From positions 4,966 to 68,965 of the forward strand of contig CACJRY010000008.1 in NCBI GenBank assembly GCA_902595855.1: 64,000 nucleotides of DNA. Reading direction: 5' to 3'. The notes under the pieces were generated by a model, which saw nothing but the letters and a program-made list of their open reading frames with translations, searched no databases and was not told the DNA's origin. This stretch comes from an uncultured Alphaproteobacteria bacterium. Lineage in GTDB: Bacteria > Pseudomonadota > Alphaproteobacteria > HIMB59 > GCA-002718135. How positions within the stretch are numbered: the first letter of the stretch is position 1; every line of letters begins with the position of its first letter. This document shows, in pieces, positions 8,378 to 17,351 of this stretch. The position numbers were made by a program, and so were the translations under genes.

Positions 8378-8875
8378 TTAGTCATCCTTCATTAAATTAA
8401 AATTACAAAGTACAGCGACAGGACTTTCAATGACTTTTGCATGATTAGTAAATGTAGATATTTTATCAAGATCATCTTCAGTGTTACAATGAAGCATAGG
8501 TATGCGAAGGGTATTCAATATATCTTCGGTAACACTTGCCATTCCACCCTGAGCTCCAACTGGTTCTCCAGGGGTGCCTCGATAACTTATCAAGAAAACA
8601 ACTGGCATTTGGTATAGTTGCAAAAGAGAAACAATAGAATTGACAGAATTACCAATTCCAGTGTTTTGCATCATTATACATGGAAGTTTATTTCCTAAAT
8701 ACGCACCTGCACAAATACCCATTCCTTCTTCTTCTCTTGGAATTGCTGAGTAATAAATATCTTTATCATTCTCTAAAATAGTAATCATATTTGCTAGAAG
8801 TTTACAGGGAACACTTAAGAAAAAATCTGCTCCACCTTCTTTTAAATTAGTAATAATTTTTTGGCTTATTTTCAT
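8378..8875 (-). CDS. comD: Sulfopyruvate decarboxylase alpha subunit-like protein (ThDP pyrimidine-binding half)
   Basis: 165 aa; REEEGMGICAGAYLGN and MQNTGIGNSVN are typical of the ThDP N-terminal domain. There is a 2-nt gap to the beta half. Confidence 0.65.
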   Translation of the reverse strand: MKISQKIITNLKEGGADFFLSVPCKLLANMITILENDKDIYYSAIPREEEGMGICAGAYLGNKLPCIMMQNTGIGNSVNSIVSLLQLYQMPVVFLISYRGTPGEPVGAQGGMASVTEDILNTLRIPMLHCNTEDDLDKISTFTNHAKVIESPVAVLCNFNLMKDD

Positions 8876-8924
8876 CGCATATAATTAATACTTTAATAAA
8901 AACTTAAGACAAGATTTTATTTTT

Positions 8925-9974
8925 TTAAAAATTGTTACGTAATTTAATTTTTATCTTTGATAAATAATTTTTATTTTTTCTTAAAATTGGAGGTGGAAAA
9001 TTTGATTGATTTATTGCATCTGGATAGTTTTGTGGCTCTATACACATTCCATATTGAATTCCATATGATTTATTATACTTACCTAAATAATCGTCTAACA
9101 TCATATTTCCTGTATAAAATTGAATTCCTTTTTGATTGGTAAAATACTCGACACCCATTTTAGTTTTTTTACTATAAATTTTTGCGACTGGAGTCTTCAT
9201 CGATTGATCATCTAAAACATAATTATGATCAATGCCTCCAGAATTTAAAAATTCTTTATCTATTTTAAAAGATTTTCTTAAATCAAATTTTGTATCAGAT
9301 ACATTTAAAAGCTTGCCAGTTGGTATCGATTTTTCATCGGTCTCACATATTGCTCCAGAGTTTATTTGTACAACATGATCCTCATTATTTTGGTAATAAT
9401 CTTGGTGTCCATGAAAATTCCAATAATTATGATTGGTAAGGTTAACAATTGTGTCTTTATCTGTTGTTGCATGAAACTCAATAAAAAGTTCATTGTGATT
9501 ATTTAATTCATAAATTACTTTGCAATCAAGATTTCCAGGATAATTTTCTTCCTTATCGGGCGAAAGATACCTTAAAACACATTTAGTAGAGTTTGTTTTT
9601 TCTTCTATACTATCAATTTTCCAAATTTTTTTATTAAAACCAGTTTTACCACCATGTAAATGATTTGGTGGGATGTTTGCAAATAGTTTATAATTTTTAT
9701 TATCTAATGAAAACTGAGCACCACCTATTCTATTAGCAACTCTTCCGACTATAGAATTAAAATACCCGTTTGAATTTAGAACACCATCAACATCTCCATA
9801 ACCCAGAAGAACATCCTCTGTTTTATTTTCACTGTTAAGATATGGAATGTTTACTTCATGAATATATCCTCCATAATTATAAAATTTAAAGCTAAAATTA
9901 TTATCATTAACTACCTCAACTGATTCGATAGGAAGTGCGGCAGGATTTTCTATTTTATCTTGTTTAATTTTCAT
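8925..9974 (-). CDS. galM: Aldose 1-epimerase (mutarotase)
   Basis: 349 aa. GRVANRI, NHLHGG..GF..K.W, LTNHNYWN and IEPQ.YPDA are mutarotase hallmarks. Confidence 0.85.
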   Translation of the reverse strand: MKIKQDKIENPAALPIESVEVVNDNNFSFKFYNYGGYIHEVNIPYLNSENKTEDVLLGYGDVDGVLNSNGYFNSIVGRVANRIGGAQFSLDNKNYKLFANIPPNHLHGGKTGFNKKIWKIDSIEEKTNSTKCVLRYLSPDKEENYPGNLDCKVIYELNNHNELFIEFHATTDKDTIVNLTNHNYWNFHGHQDYYQNNEDHVVQINSGAICETDEKSIPTGKLLNVSDTKFDLRKSFKIDKEFLNSGGIDHNYVLDDQSMKTPVAKIYSKKTKMGVEYFTNQKGIQFYTGNMMLDDYLGKYNKSYGIQYGMCIEPQNYPDAINQSNFPPPILRKNKNYLSKIKIKLRNNF

Positions 9975-10873
9975 GACGCTTTTCTATCCCTTGTTTTTAT
10001 AGAATTTTTTTGACGAAGGTAGATGATTATTCCTCCCGCCACAATAAATAGAGCTCCAGGAAACAATTGATCTACTGGCCATTCTCTAAAGAATATCCAT
10101 CCCAAGATTAATGCAAAAAATATTTCTATGTAATCAAACGGCATTATTTTACTTAGCTCTGCTTTTCTTGCACCATATATAAGTAGTAGAGTTCCAGTAC
10201 CGCCTGCCAAACCCATCAGAAAGAAAATAAACAAATCATTTATACTTCTAAAATTTTCCCACATCCCAAAAGTTAACACTAGTATTAATGATACACTGAT
10301 TGTACCAACTTGACCGTAAATGTTAATTAATGGTGTTGGAACATCTATAGTAAAACTTAAAGAAGTCACCCGCGCTAGGGAGTAACCCAAAGCTGCTATA
10401 ACTGGTAATAAAATCATATAATTAAAATCAGATGACCAGGGTTCCATAATAAGAACAATACCTATAAAACCAGATATAACCGCAGATGTCTTAAACCATC
10501 CAAATTTTTCTCCAAGAATAGGCACGCTTAATAGTGTCACCATCATAGGGCCTGTATATTCCATCGTAGCTACAAGGGCAAAAGGCAAATATAAATATGA
10601 GGTGTACAAACAAAGCTGAGCTAATGCTACAAAAGCTCCTCGAAGAAATCCTAATCTCCATTGTTTAATTTTAATTTTTCTTCCATTTTGATGCCAGTCG
10701 GTTGAAAAATAAAGTGCAATAAAACATGGGATCATTCCAAAAAGATTTCTGAAAACAGACAATTGTGCTGCTGGGTAATCATTTCTTAAAAACTTAATAG
10801 CAATACCCATACAGTCCATTAGAAATAATCCTGAAAGAGATAGGGCTACTGCTAGTAATAAATTATTTTTCAA
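9971..10873 (-). CDS. DMT superfamily (EamA-like) transporter
   Basis: 300 aa, about 10 hydrophobic helices, two-repeat architecture. ATGA overlap with galM. Confidence 0.8.
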   Translation of the reverse strand: MKNNLLLAVALSLSGLFLMDCMGIAIKFLRNDYPAAQLSVFRNLFGMIPCFIALYFSTDWHQNGRKIKIKQWRLGFLRGAFVALAQLCLYTSYLYLPFALVATMEYTGPMMVTLLSVPILGEKFGWFKTSAVISGFIGIVLIMEPWSSDFNYMILLPVIAALGYSLARVTSLSFTIDVPTPLINIYGQVGTISVSLILVLTFGMWENFRSINDLFIFFLMGLAGGTGTLLLIYGARKAELSKIMPFDYIEIFFALILGWIFFREWPVDQLFPGALFIVAGGIIIYLRQKNSIKTRDRKAS

Positions 10874-10877
10874 TTAG

Positions 10878-11882
10878 CTAAGCACAATTAACACAACATT
10901 GATCAACCCAATGATTTGGTGATACTTCTTTTAATCCCATTTCAATATTTCCCTCCTTACAATCGTGTGTAGGATTTGGACATCTTGTTCTAAACACACA
11001 ACCAGATGGAGGATTCATTGCACTAGGTATTTCTCCTTGTAATTCAATTGCTTTGGATTTATTTTCAGGATCTACAGATGGAATAGAGGATAATAGCGCT
11101 TTCGTATATGAGTGTCTTGGATTACTAAATAACTCTCTTGACGGAGCCATTTCAACTATATGGCCTAGATACATAACAGCAACAATATCACAGACGTGAG
11201 CTACAACACTTAGGTCATGACTTATAAATAAATATGTTAAATTTAACTCTTGCTGAAGTTGTTTCAGAAGATTTAAGATGTCTGCTTGTATAGATACATC
11301 TAGAGCAGCAACACTTTCATCAGCAACAATAAATTTTGGATTGCTCACAAGAGCTCTAGCTATAGAAATACGTTGCCGTTGTCCTCCAGAGAATGCGTGA
11401 GGAAATCTTCTTAAGTGCTCTAAATTTAATCGACATTTTGCAGCTATATCCCTTACCCTTTCATCAGTCTCCTCTCTTGAGGTCGTTATTTTCATAACCT
11501 CTAATGGTTCAGCAATTATATCTCTAACAGTCATTCGGGGACTAAGGGCCGCATAAGGATCTTGAAAGATTAATTGAGCTTTTTTTCTATATTCTTTCAT
11601 TTCTTTTGACGTAATAGTTGTTAAATCAAAATCTCTATCATCATCATGAAAAATAACATTTCCAGAACTTATTTTATTTGCACCTAAGATAGCTCTACCT
11701 AAAGTAGTTTTACCTGAACCTGACTCACCAACTAAACCAAAAAAAGATCCTTTTTTAATTTTAATATTAATATTATTTACAGCTTTTATTTTTTGTTTTT
11801 TTGATAAAAAATTTTCTTGATAGTCAAAAGAGACAGATAAATTATTTACTGATACAATATTTTCTTTCATATTTATCCGCAA
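10878..11882 (-). CDS. Peptide/nickel-type ABC transporter ATPase (OppF/DppF-like) with a Cys-rich C-terminal tail
   Basis: Walker A GESGSGKTT, signature FSGGQRQR, Walker B VADESVAALD. The tail is GCVFRTRCPNPTHDCKEG...HWVDQCCVNCA. Confidence 0.9.
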   Translation of the reverse strand: MRINMKENIVSVNNLSVSFDYQENFLSKKQKIKAVNNINIKIKKGSFFGLVGESGSGKTTLGRAILGANKISSGNVIFHDDDRDFDLTTITSKEMKEYRKKAQLIFQDPYAALSPRMTVRDIIAEPLEVMKITTSREETDERVRDIAAKCRLNLEHLRRFPHAFSGGQRQRISIARALVSNPKFIVADESVAALDVSIQADILNLLKQLQQELNLTYLFISHDLSVVAHVCDIVAVMYLGHIVEMAPSRELFSNPRHSYTKALLSSIPSVDPENKSKAIELQGEIPSAMNPPSGCVFRTRCPNPTHDCKEGNIEMGLKEVSPNHWVDQCCVNCA

Positions 11883-12853
11883 TTAATACAACATTTATCT
11901 ACCCAATGACCTGGACTTATTTCAATTAAAGCCATTTCAATATTTCCTTCTCTACAATCATGAGTAGGATTGGGACACCTTGTTCTAAAAACACAACCTG
12001 TAGGTCTTTCTAAAGGACTGGGTATATTTCCTGGTATAGGTGTTAAAGGTGCATCAAGATTATTAATATCAGGAAGTGCATTTAATAAACCTCTTGTATA
12101 TGGATGTTTTGGGTTTTTTAAAATTTCATTAACTGGGCCTCGCTCAACAACACTTCCAAGATACATAACTGCAACATCGTCTGCAACCTGGGCAATTACA
12201 CCTAAATCATGTGTTATAAATATAACACCCATATTAAATTCCTTAATAATATCTTTAATTAAATTTATTACTTGAGCTTGAATAGTTACATCTAAAGCTG
12301 TTGTAGGTTCATCTGCTAATAATAGTTTAGGCATTGTTGATAAAGCCATAGCAATCATCGCACGCTGCCTCATTCCTCCTGATAGCTCAAATGCATATTG
12401 ATTAAATCGTTTCTCAGCATCTGCTATCCCTACTCTATTTAACATATCTATTGATATATTTTTTGCTTTATTCTTATCTAGAGGTTTGTGAATCATTAGT
12501 TGCTCAACCATTTGACTACCTATTTTAATAGCTGGTGCAAAACTAGCCATAGGTTCTTGAAAAATCATTGAAACTTTTCCACCTCGAATTTTTTTTAAAT
12601 CATTTTTAGAAGTAAACTTAAGAACATTTTCATCATCAATTATTATTTCAGCGTTATCATTATAAATAGTATTGCCTGGATTAAGTTGCATAATTGATTT
12701 TGCTGTTACAGACTTACCAGATCCTGACTCACCAACAATTCCTAAAACTTTACCTTGATCCAGTGTTAGAGATACATTATCTATTGCTGTTATACGACCT
12801 TCATCAGTATCAAACTTTACATCAAGATTATTTATTTCTAAGAGATGTGTCAT
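11873..12853 (-). CDS. Peptide/nickel-type ABC transporter ATPase (OppD/DppD-like) with a Cys-rich C-terminal tail
   Basis: GESGSGKSV, LSGGMRQR, LLADEPTTALD. The tail is GCVFRTRCPNPTHDCREG...HWVDKCCINCG. Confidence 0.9.
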   Translation of the reverse strand: MTHLLEINNLDVKFDTDEGRITAIDNVSLTLDQGKVLGIVGESGSGKSVTAKSIMQLNPGNTIYNDNAEIIIDDENVLKFTSKNDLKKIRGGKVSMIFQEPMASFAPAIKIGSQMVEQLMIHKPLDKNKAKNISIDMLNRVGIADAEKRFNQYAFELSGGMRQRAMIAMALSTMPKLLLADEPTTALDVTIQAQVINLIKDIIKEFNMGVIFITHDLGVIAQVADDVAVMYLGSVVERGPVNEILKNPKHPYTRGLLNALPDINNLDAPLTPIPGNIPSPLERPTGCVFRTRCPNPTHDCREGNIEMALIEISPGHWVDKCCINCG

Positions 12854-12859
12854 AAAAAT

Positions 12860-14023
12860 TTAATTCTTTGTTTTATGTGGATCTGCAGCATCACGAAGAC
12901 CATCTCCGACATATACAAAAGTTAATATTAAAACAACTAAGAAGAAGACAGGTATAAAATACCATTGGTAATTTAATAATACATCTGCCTTTGTAGCATT
13001 TTGTAAGAGAACACCTAATGAATTTACAGGTTCTCTTAACCCTAAACCTATAAAGCTAAGGGCTGTTTCAGATAACAACATGTAAGGAAAACTTATAACC
13101 AGATCAACAATTATGTAGCTTGTAAAACTTGGTAAAAGATGTCGGATAATAATATGAGTTGATGAAGCACCACACATTTTAGCTGCCAAAATATATTCCT
13201 GACTTCTTTCACTTAGTAAATGGGTTCGAACACGTCTTGCTAAAGTTGGCCAAGATATCAAACCTAGCAAACAGGATATAAAGAAAAACCTAAGTTCTGA
13301 ACTCCATTCAAGGGGCGCAAAAGCTGCTAGACACATAAATAGAGGTATGGGGGGTACAGTTCGAATGGCATCTGTAAACATTTGCAACAAACTATCAATC
13401 CAGCCGCCATAATATCCTGAGATACCTCCTATAATTAGAGATAAAACAAAAGATATAAATACTCCCAATGTACCAACTGCTAATGAAATATATATTGCAC
13501 TTAAGGTTCTGCTAAATAAATCTTTTCCAGCTTTATCAGTGCCAAATAAGTGGATTCCGCCCTCTTCAACACCAAATAAATGTGTATTAAATGTTAGCCC
13601 AGGAATTGTAAAATCTAATGCCTTACCAGGAAGATTAATACTATAATTAAAATATTTATATTCCCAACCCTTAACAAAAAAATAAACATAGCGTCTTTTT
13701 TCTGTATCTGTTTTATAGACCCATCTGAAATTTGTATCAGCTCCTCTATATTTTGTTAAAGTATGCAAAAAAGGTCTAGGGGAAAAACCATTTTCATCCC
13801 AAAACATTGGAATTTGTGGAGCACCGTTTTCATAATCTTTATCACGTCCGGCAATTGTTGGATCATATGGAGATAAAAAACCAGAAAAAAGACTGCAAAC
13901 TATCATGAATAACAAAATAGAACCTGCAATCATGGCTGAACGGTTTCCAAAGAAACGAGTTCTAACCAATTGCATTTGAGTGGCTGTATAATATGCTTCT
14001 TTCTTTTTTGTACTAACCTCCAC
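12860..14023 (-). CDS. ABC transporter permease (OppC/DppC-like)
   Basis: 387 aa, multi-TM. Its position in the operon fits BPD-type transport permeases of the peptide family. Confidence 0.85.
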   Translation of the reverse strand: MEVSTKKKEAYYTATQMQLVRTRFFGNRSAMIAGSILLFMIVCSLFSGFLSPYDPTIAGRDKDYENGAPQIPMFWDENGFSPRPFLHTLTKYRGADTNFRWVYKTDTEKRRYVYFFVKGWEYKYFNYSINLPGKALDFTIPGLTFNTHLFGVEEGGIHLFGTDKAGKDLFSRTLSAIYISLAVGTLGVFISFVLSLIIGGISGYYGGWIDSLLQMFTDAIRTVPPIPLFMCLAAFAPLEWSSELRFFFISCLLGLISWPTLARRVRTHLLSERSQEYILAAKMCGASSTHIIIRHLLPSFTSYIIVDLVISFPYMLLSETALSFIGLGLREPVNSLGVLLQNATKADVLLNYQWYFIPVFFLVVLILTFVYVGDGLRDAADPHKTKN

Positions 14024-15026
14024 CCATGACTCCTTTTCTAATTCTTGGATCCATTATTGCTAATAATATATCAGTTACAAAATTTACAAAAACAATTGTT
14101 GCAGTTAATAAAAATATTATAGCACCTGCTAATTGTTGATCATTAGATCTAGCTAAAGCCTCTATCAACAATGCACCAGCTTCAGTTAAAATTAAAATCA
14201 AAGCAACTACTGGAAGAGCACTAAAAATTCTATTTAAATCAAATCCAATAGAATTTATTACTGGCCCAAGTGAATGTTTTGCTGGATACCGCCATAATAA
14301 ACTCATTCCTGATATTCCTCTTGCTCTTGCAGCCATAACATAGAGTTTATCATTTTCATCTAACATCAATGCTCTAACAGTTTGTAGTGCAAAAGCAGTA
14401 GCGTTCCAACCAAGAACAAAAATAGGCAGCCATGCCCTAGCAAGAAAATCTTTTAACTTATCAGCAGACCAAGGAGCATTTTCATATTCTTGAGAGAACA
14501 AACCTGTCATTGTATCTCCATAATATACTGTCATAAAAAGCATTATACAAAGGGCTACTAAAAAGTTTGGTAATGCTATTCCTAAATAACTAACAAATTT
14601 AAGCGTCTGATCTAAAGAGACATATTTTGTAGTGGCGGAAATAATACCAACTGGTATGGCTATTAAATAAGAAAAGATTAAAGCAACCAAACATATTGTA
14701 AGAGAAAGCATAAACCTTCCACTAAGAAGATCATTGATGTTCATTCGAAGAATACAACTATCTCCAAAATCTTGATTTATAACAATATCGGATACCCATT
14801 TTCCATATCTATAAAAAAATGGTTTATCCAAACCTAAGCGTACTTTTTCAGCCTCGATATCTTCAAATGTTATCTGAGAACCTTGTGTATTTTTAAAAGC
14901 TAAATATCTTTCTGCACATGTTCCAGGAACTAATTCCATTAATGAAAAAACTATAAAACAAACTATGAGCAATGTTACGATTGCTAAAAAAGCCCTAGTT
15001 AATGTGAATTGGATAAAATTAATCAT
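14013..15026 (-). CDS. ABC transporter permease (OppB/DppB-like)
   Basis: 337 aa, multi-TM. The N-terminal (I/L)..R....I.....V....F pattern is typical of DppB/OppB. Confidence 0.85.
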   Translation of the reverse strand: MINFIQFTLTRAFLAIVTLLIVCFIVFSLMELVPGTCAERYLAFKNTQGSQITFEDIEAEKVRLGLDKPFFYRYGKWVSDIVINQDFGDSCILRMNINDLLSGRFMLSLTICLVALIFSYLIAIPVGIISATTKYVSLDQTLKFVSYLGIALPNFLVALCIMLFMTVYYGDTMTGLFSQEYENAPWSADKLKDFLARAWLPIFVLGWNATAFALQTVRALMLDENDKLYVMAARARGISGMSLLWRYPAKHSLGPVINSIGFDLNRIFSALPVVALILILTEAGALLIEALARSNDQQLAGAIIFLLTATIVFVNFVTDILLAIMDPRIRKGVMGGG

Positions 15027-15062
15027 AATTTGAATTTAGTTAGTTACCGTTTCAGAATAATT

Positions 15063-15100
15063 AAAAAAAAGAAAAGCGGCAATATAAAATTGCCGCTTTT
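15063..15100 (-). terminator. Rho-independent terminator/attenuator between the SBP gene and the permease genes
   Basis: aaaagcggcaat (15072-15083) pairs with attgccgctttt (15089-15100) around a 5-nt loop. On the minus transcript it is followed by c plus a U8 run (plus-strand A-run 15063-15070). Confidence 0.75.
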
Positions 15101-15121
15101 AAAGATATTTATATACTTATC

Positions 15122-17182
15122 TTATTCGTCTAACCACCACTGAGTAGCTAGATATGGATAAGTTCTGTAATACTCATAAGAAGTTGTTTTGAATTGCGTA
15201 AAGTTTTTCAAAGCATTTCTATGATATGTTGGGAATGGTGCTTTTACAGTACCAATTAACAAAGTTTGTTCTGTTAACATAGTAGTAATTTTTTTACCCC
15301 ATTCATTAGATTCAGCAGTACCTAAAGCATATGATTGAAATTTATCAATACCATCGCTTAAGTCATAAACCCATTGTGGAGGTTCTACACCGTCTGTGCC
15401 ATTACTATCAATGTAAGCAGCCCATAACATACCTTGAGTATGGTTGAAGTAGTTACCAAATGGTGCTTTAAATGTTTCAGGGTTACCTGCAATAATAGCC
15501 AATGGTTGACCTTTATCCCAAGCATGAACATCTAGAGCATTTGAAGATTGTGAACCACGATATTCGTCTGGTGTAACTTCTTTAAATGTTGTTTTTACGC
15601 CAACATCGTTCCACATACGAGCAACTAATTCAACTTCAACACCACCAATACCTTGAGTAGCATAGTCAATGTTCATTGCAAACGGAGCTCCATTTGGAAG
15701 TTCTCTAAAGCCATCACCATCAACATCTTTTAACCCAACTTCATCTAGAAGTGCATTAGCACCATCTGGATCATATTGAGCCATATGCATTTTGATTTCA
15801 TCAGAAACGAAATCAGGCGCAGGTGATATACCTACAAACTGCTCTACAACACCCATTCCATAGTAAGCAACATCGTTGATTTCATTTCTATCAAGTGCAA
15901 TTGACATTGCTTGACGGAAACGAATATCACCATAGACTTTACGTTTTTCCAAATCTGGATGAGTTACGTTAAAGCTAAATAGTGCTGCTCCACAACCTGG
16001 GTTGATTTGAAGATTATATCCACCAGACTCAGCACCATCTAATAATTGAGGTGCAGATTCAAGTTGAACAGATTGTGATTTATAATCAACTTCACCGTTA
16101 ACTAGTTTTAACAATCTAATCTCATTTTCATTAATGTATCTTTCATTTTGATAATCAATGTATGGTAATTGATTTCCAGCGGTATCAACTTGGTGGAAAT
16201 ATGGATTAGCTGCGTACACTCTTCCCTCAGTAGTATCTTCAATTGTCATGTAAGCTTCTAATGAAGGATAAGCTGCGTATTCTAAACCACTGACTAGATC
16301 AGGATTTCTCAACATAGGAGTTGGAGTATCAGTCCAACCTGAGTTACCATAATAAGCAGCAAGAGCATCCCAACCATCTGCGAAACCTAAAGCTTGTGCA
16401 TTTGCATCAGCATTAGAGTCTATTTCAGGATGGAATTGTTCTAGGAAATGTGCTGGCATAAAAAATTGATTGTATGACCAAGCAATAGTTGCTGTTAAAC
16501 CTGGGAAAGGTGATGGTAAGTTAAATCTAGCTGTTACGTCATCAATAACATCAACAGTCATTGGTTCACCACCAACAAGAAGATATGGATATGGTTTTTC
16601 TCTAATTTTTGGATTCATCATTAGATCTTCATACCAAAACTCAATATCTCTAGCAGTAAATGGTTCTCCATTTGACCACTTATGTCCTTTTCTAAGTGTA
16701 AAAGTTAATGTTGTGAAATCATCATTCCACTCAAAACTTTTAGCAACATTTGGAACAATAGTTGATAAGTCATCAGCAAATCTTAAAAGGTTTACGTGAC
16801 GAGTTGATAACATATCTGAAGTACCTGCCTCAGTAGCATTTGATAAGAAATTAATTGTACCACCGTATTTTCCAATTGAATCATAAGGTCTTACAACCAA
16901 TGGTTCCTCTGGAAGTCTGTCCTCTACAGGAGGCAAAGCTTTATTTCCTTGAATAGTTGCGTTAATACTTGCAATGTTAGGGTTTTCCTTAAATTGCATT
17001 TCACAACCTGCTAATTGTTCAAACTCAGCTAATTCATACTGTTGTGTATATTGTCCAGCATCAACACCATTTGGATTGCTTTGCGTTGAACCATTACCGG
17101 CACAAGGACCGGCAAAAGAAAAACTACTCCAAGATATTGTAGCTAAAGAAAATACAACAGCTAAAATTAATTTTTTAAACAT
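15122..17182 (-). CDS. Large family-5 (peptide/opine/nickel type) ABC substrate-binding protein
   Basis: 686 aa with a signal peptide (MFKKLILAVVFSLATISWSSFSFA). It is the first gene of the operon. Its composition is less AT-rich than its neighbours, as expected for a highly expressed SBP. Confidence 0.85.
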   Translation of the reverse strand: MFKKLILAVVFSLATISWSSFSFAGPCAGNGSTQSNPNGVDAGQYTQQYELAEFEQLAGCEMQFKENPNIASINATIQGNKALPPVEDRLPEEPLVVRPYDSIGKYGGTINFLSNATEAGTSDMLSTRHVNLLRFADDLSTIVPNVAKSFEWNDDFTTLTFTLRKGHKWSNGEPFTARDIEFWYEDLMMNPKIREKPYPYLLVGGEPMTVDVIDDVTARFNLPSPFPGLTATIAWSYNQFFMPAHFLEQFHPEIDSNADANAQALGFADGWDALAAYYGNSGWTDTPTPMLRNPDLVSGLEYAAYPSLEAYMTIEDTTEGRVYAANPYFHQVDTAGNQLPYIDYQNERYINENEIRLLKLVNGEVDYKSQSVQLESAPQLLDGAESGGYNLQINPGCGAALFSFNVTHPDLEKRKVYGDIRFRQAMSIALDRNEINDVAYYGMGVVEQFVGISPAPDFVSDEIKMHMAQYDPDGANALLDEVGLKDVDGDGFRELPNGAPFAMNIDYATQGIGGVEVELVARMWNDVGVKTTFKEVTPDEYRGSQSSNALDVHAWDKGQPLAIIAGNPETFKAPFGNYFNHTQGMLWAAYIDSNGTDGVEPPQWVYDLSDGIDKFQSYALGTAESNEWGKKITTMLTEQTLLIGTVKAPFPTYHRNALKNFTQFKTTSYEYYRTYPYLATQWWLDE

Positions 17183-17351
17183 ATTATTTTCTCCTCTTTA
17201 AATTTAAAGTAATGATAAAGTAATTACATGAATAGAGTTAAAATACAAAAATTTTTTGACAAATTTATTACAAATAAATGAAGATATTGTGTATTAATTA
17301 AAGTAAACAACAAGATATAGTTATGTTTTTGTTTTAATATTATTAAATTTT

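Noticed and set aside
13223-13232. A tRNA T-arm-like string, ggttcgaaca.
   Set aside because: It lies inside the ABC permease coding sequence and has no acceptor or anticodon stems around it. No spacer in the window is long or GC-rich enough to hold a tRNA.
17183-17351. A possible riboswitch or leader RNA in the 169-bp spacer upstream of the sulfatase/MetE-like operon (for example a SAM-type element).
   Set aside because: The spacer is almost pure A/T. I could find no paired GC-containing helices or conserved riboswitch cores. It is more likely to hold two divergent promoters.
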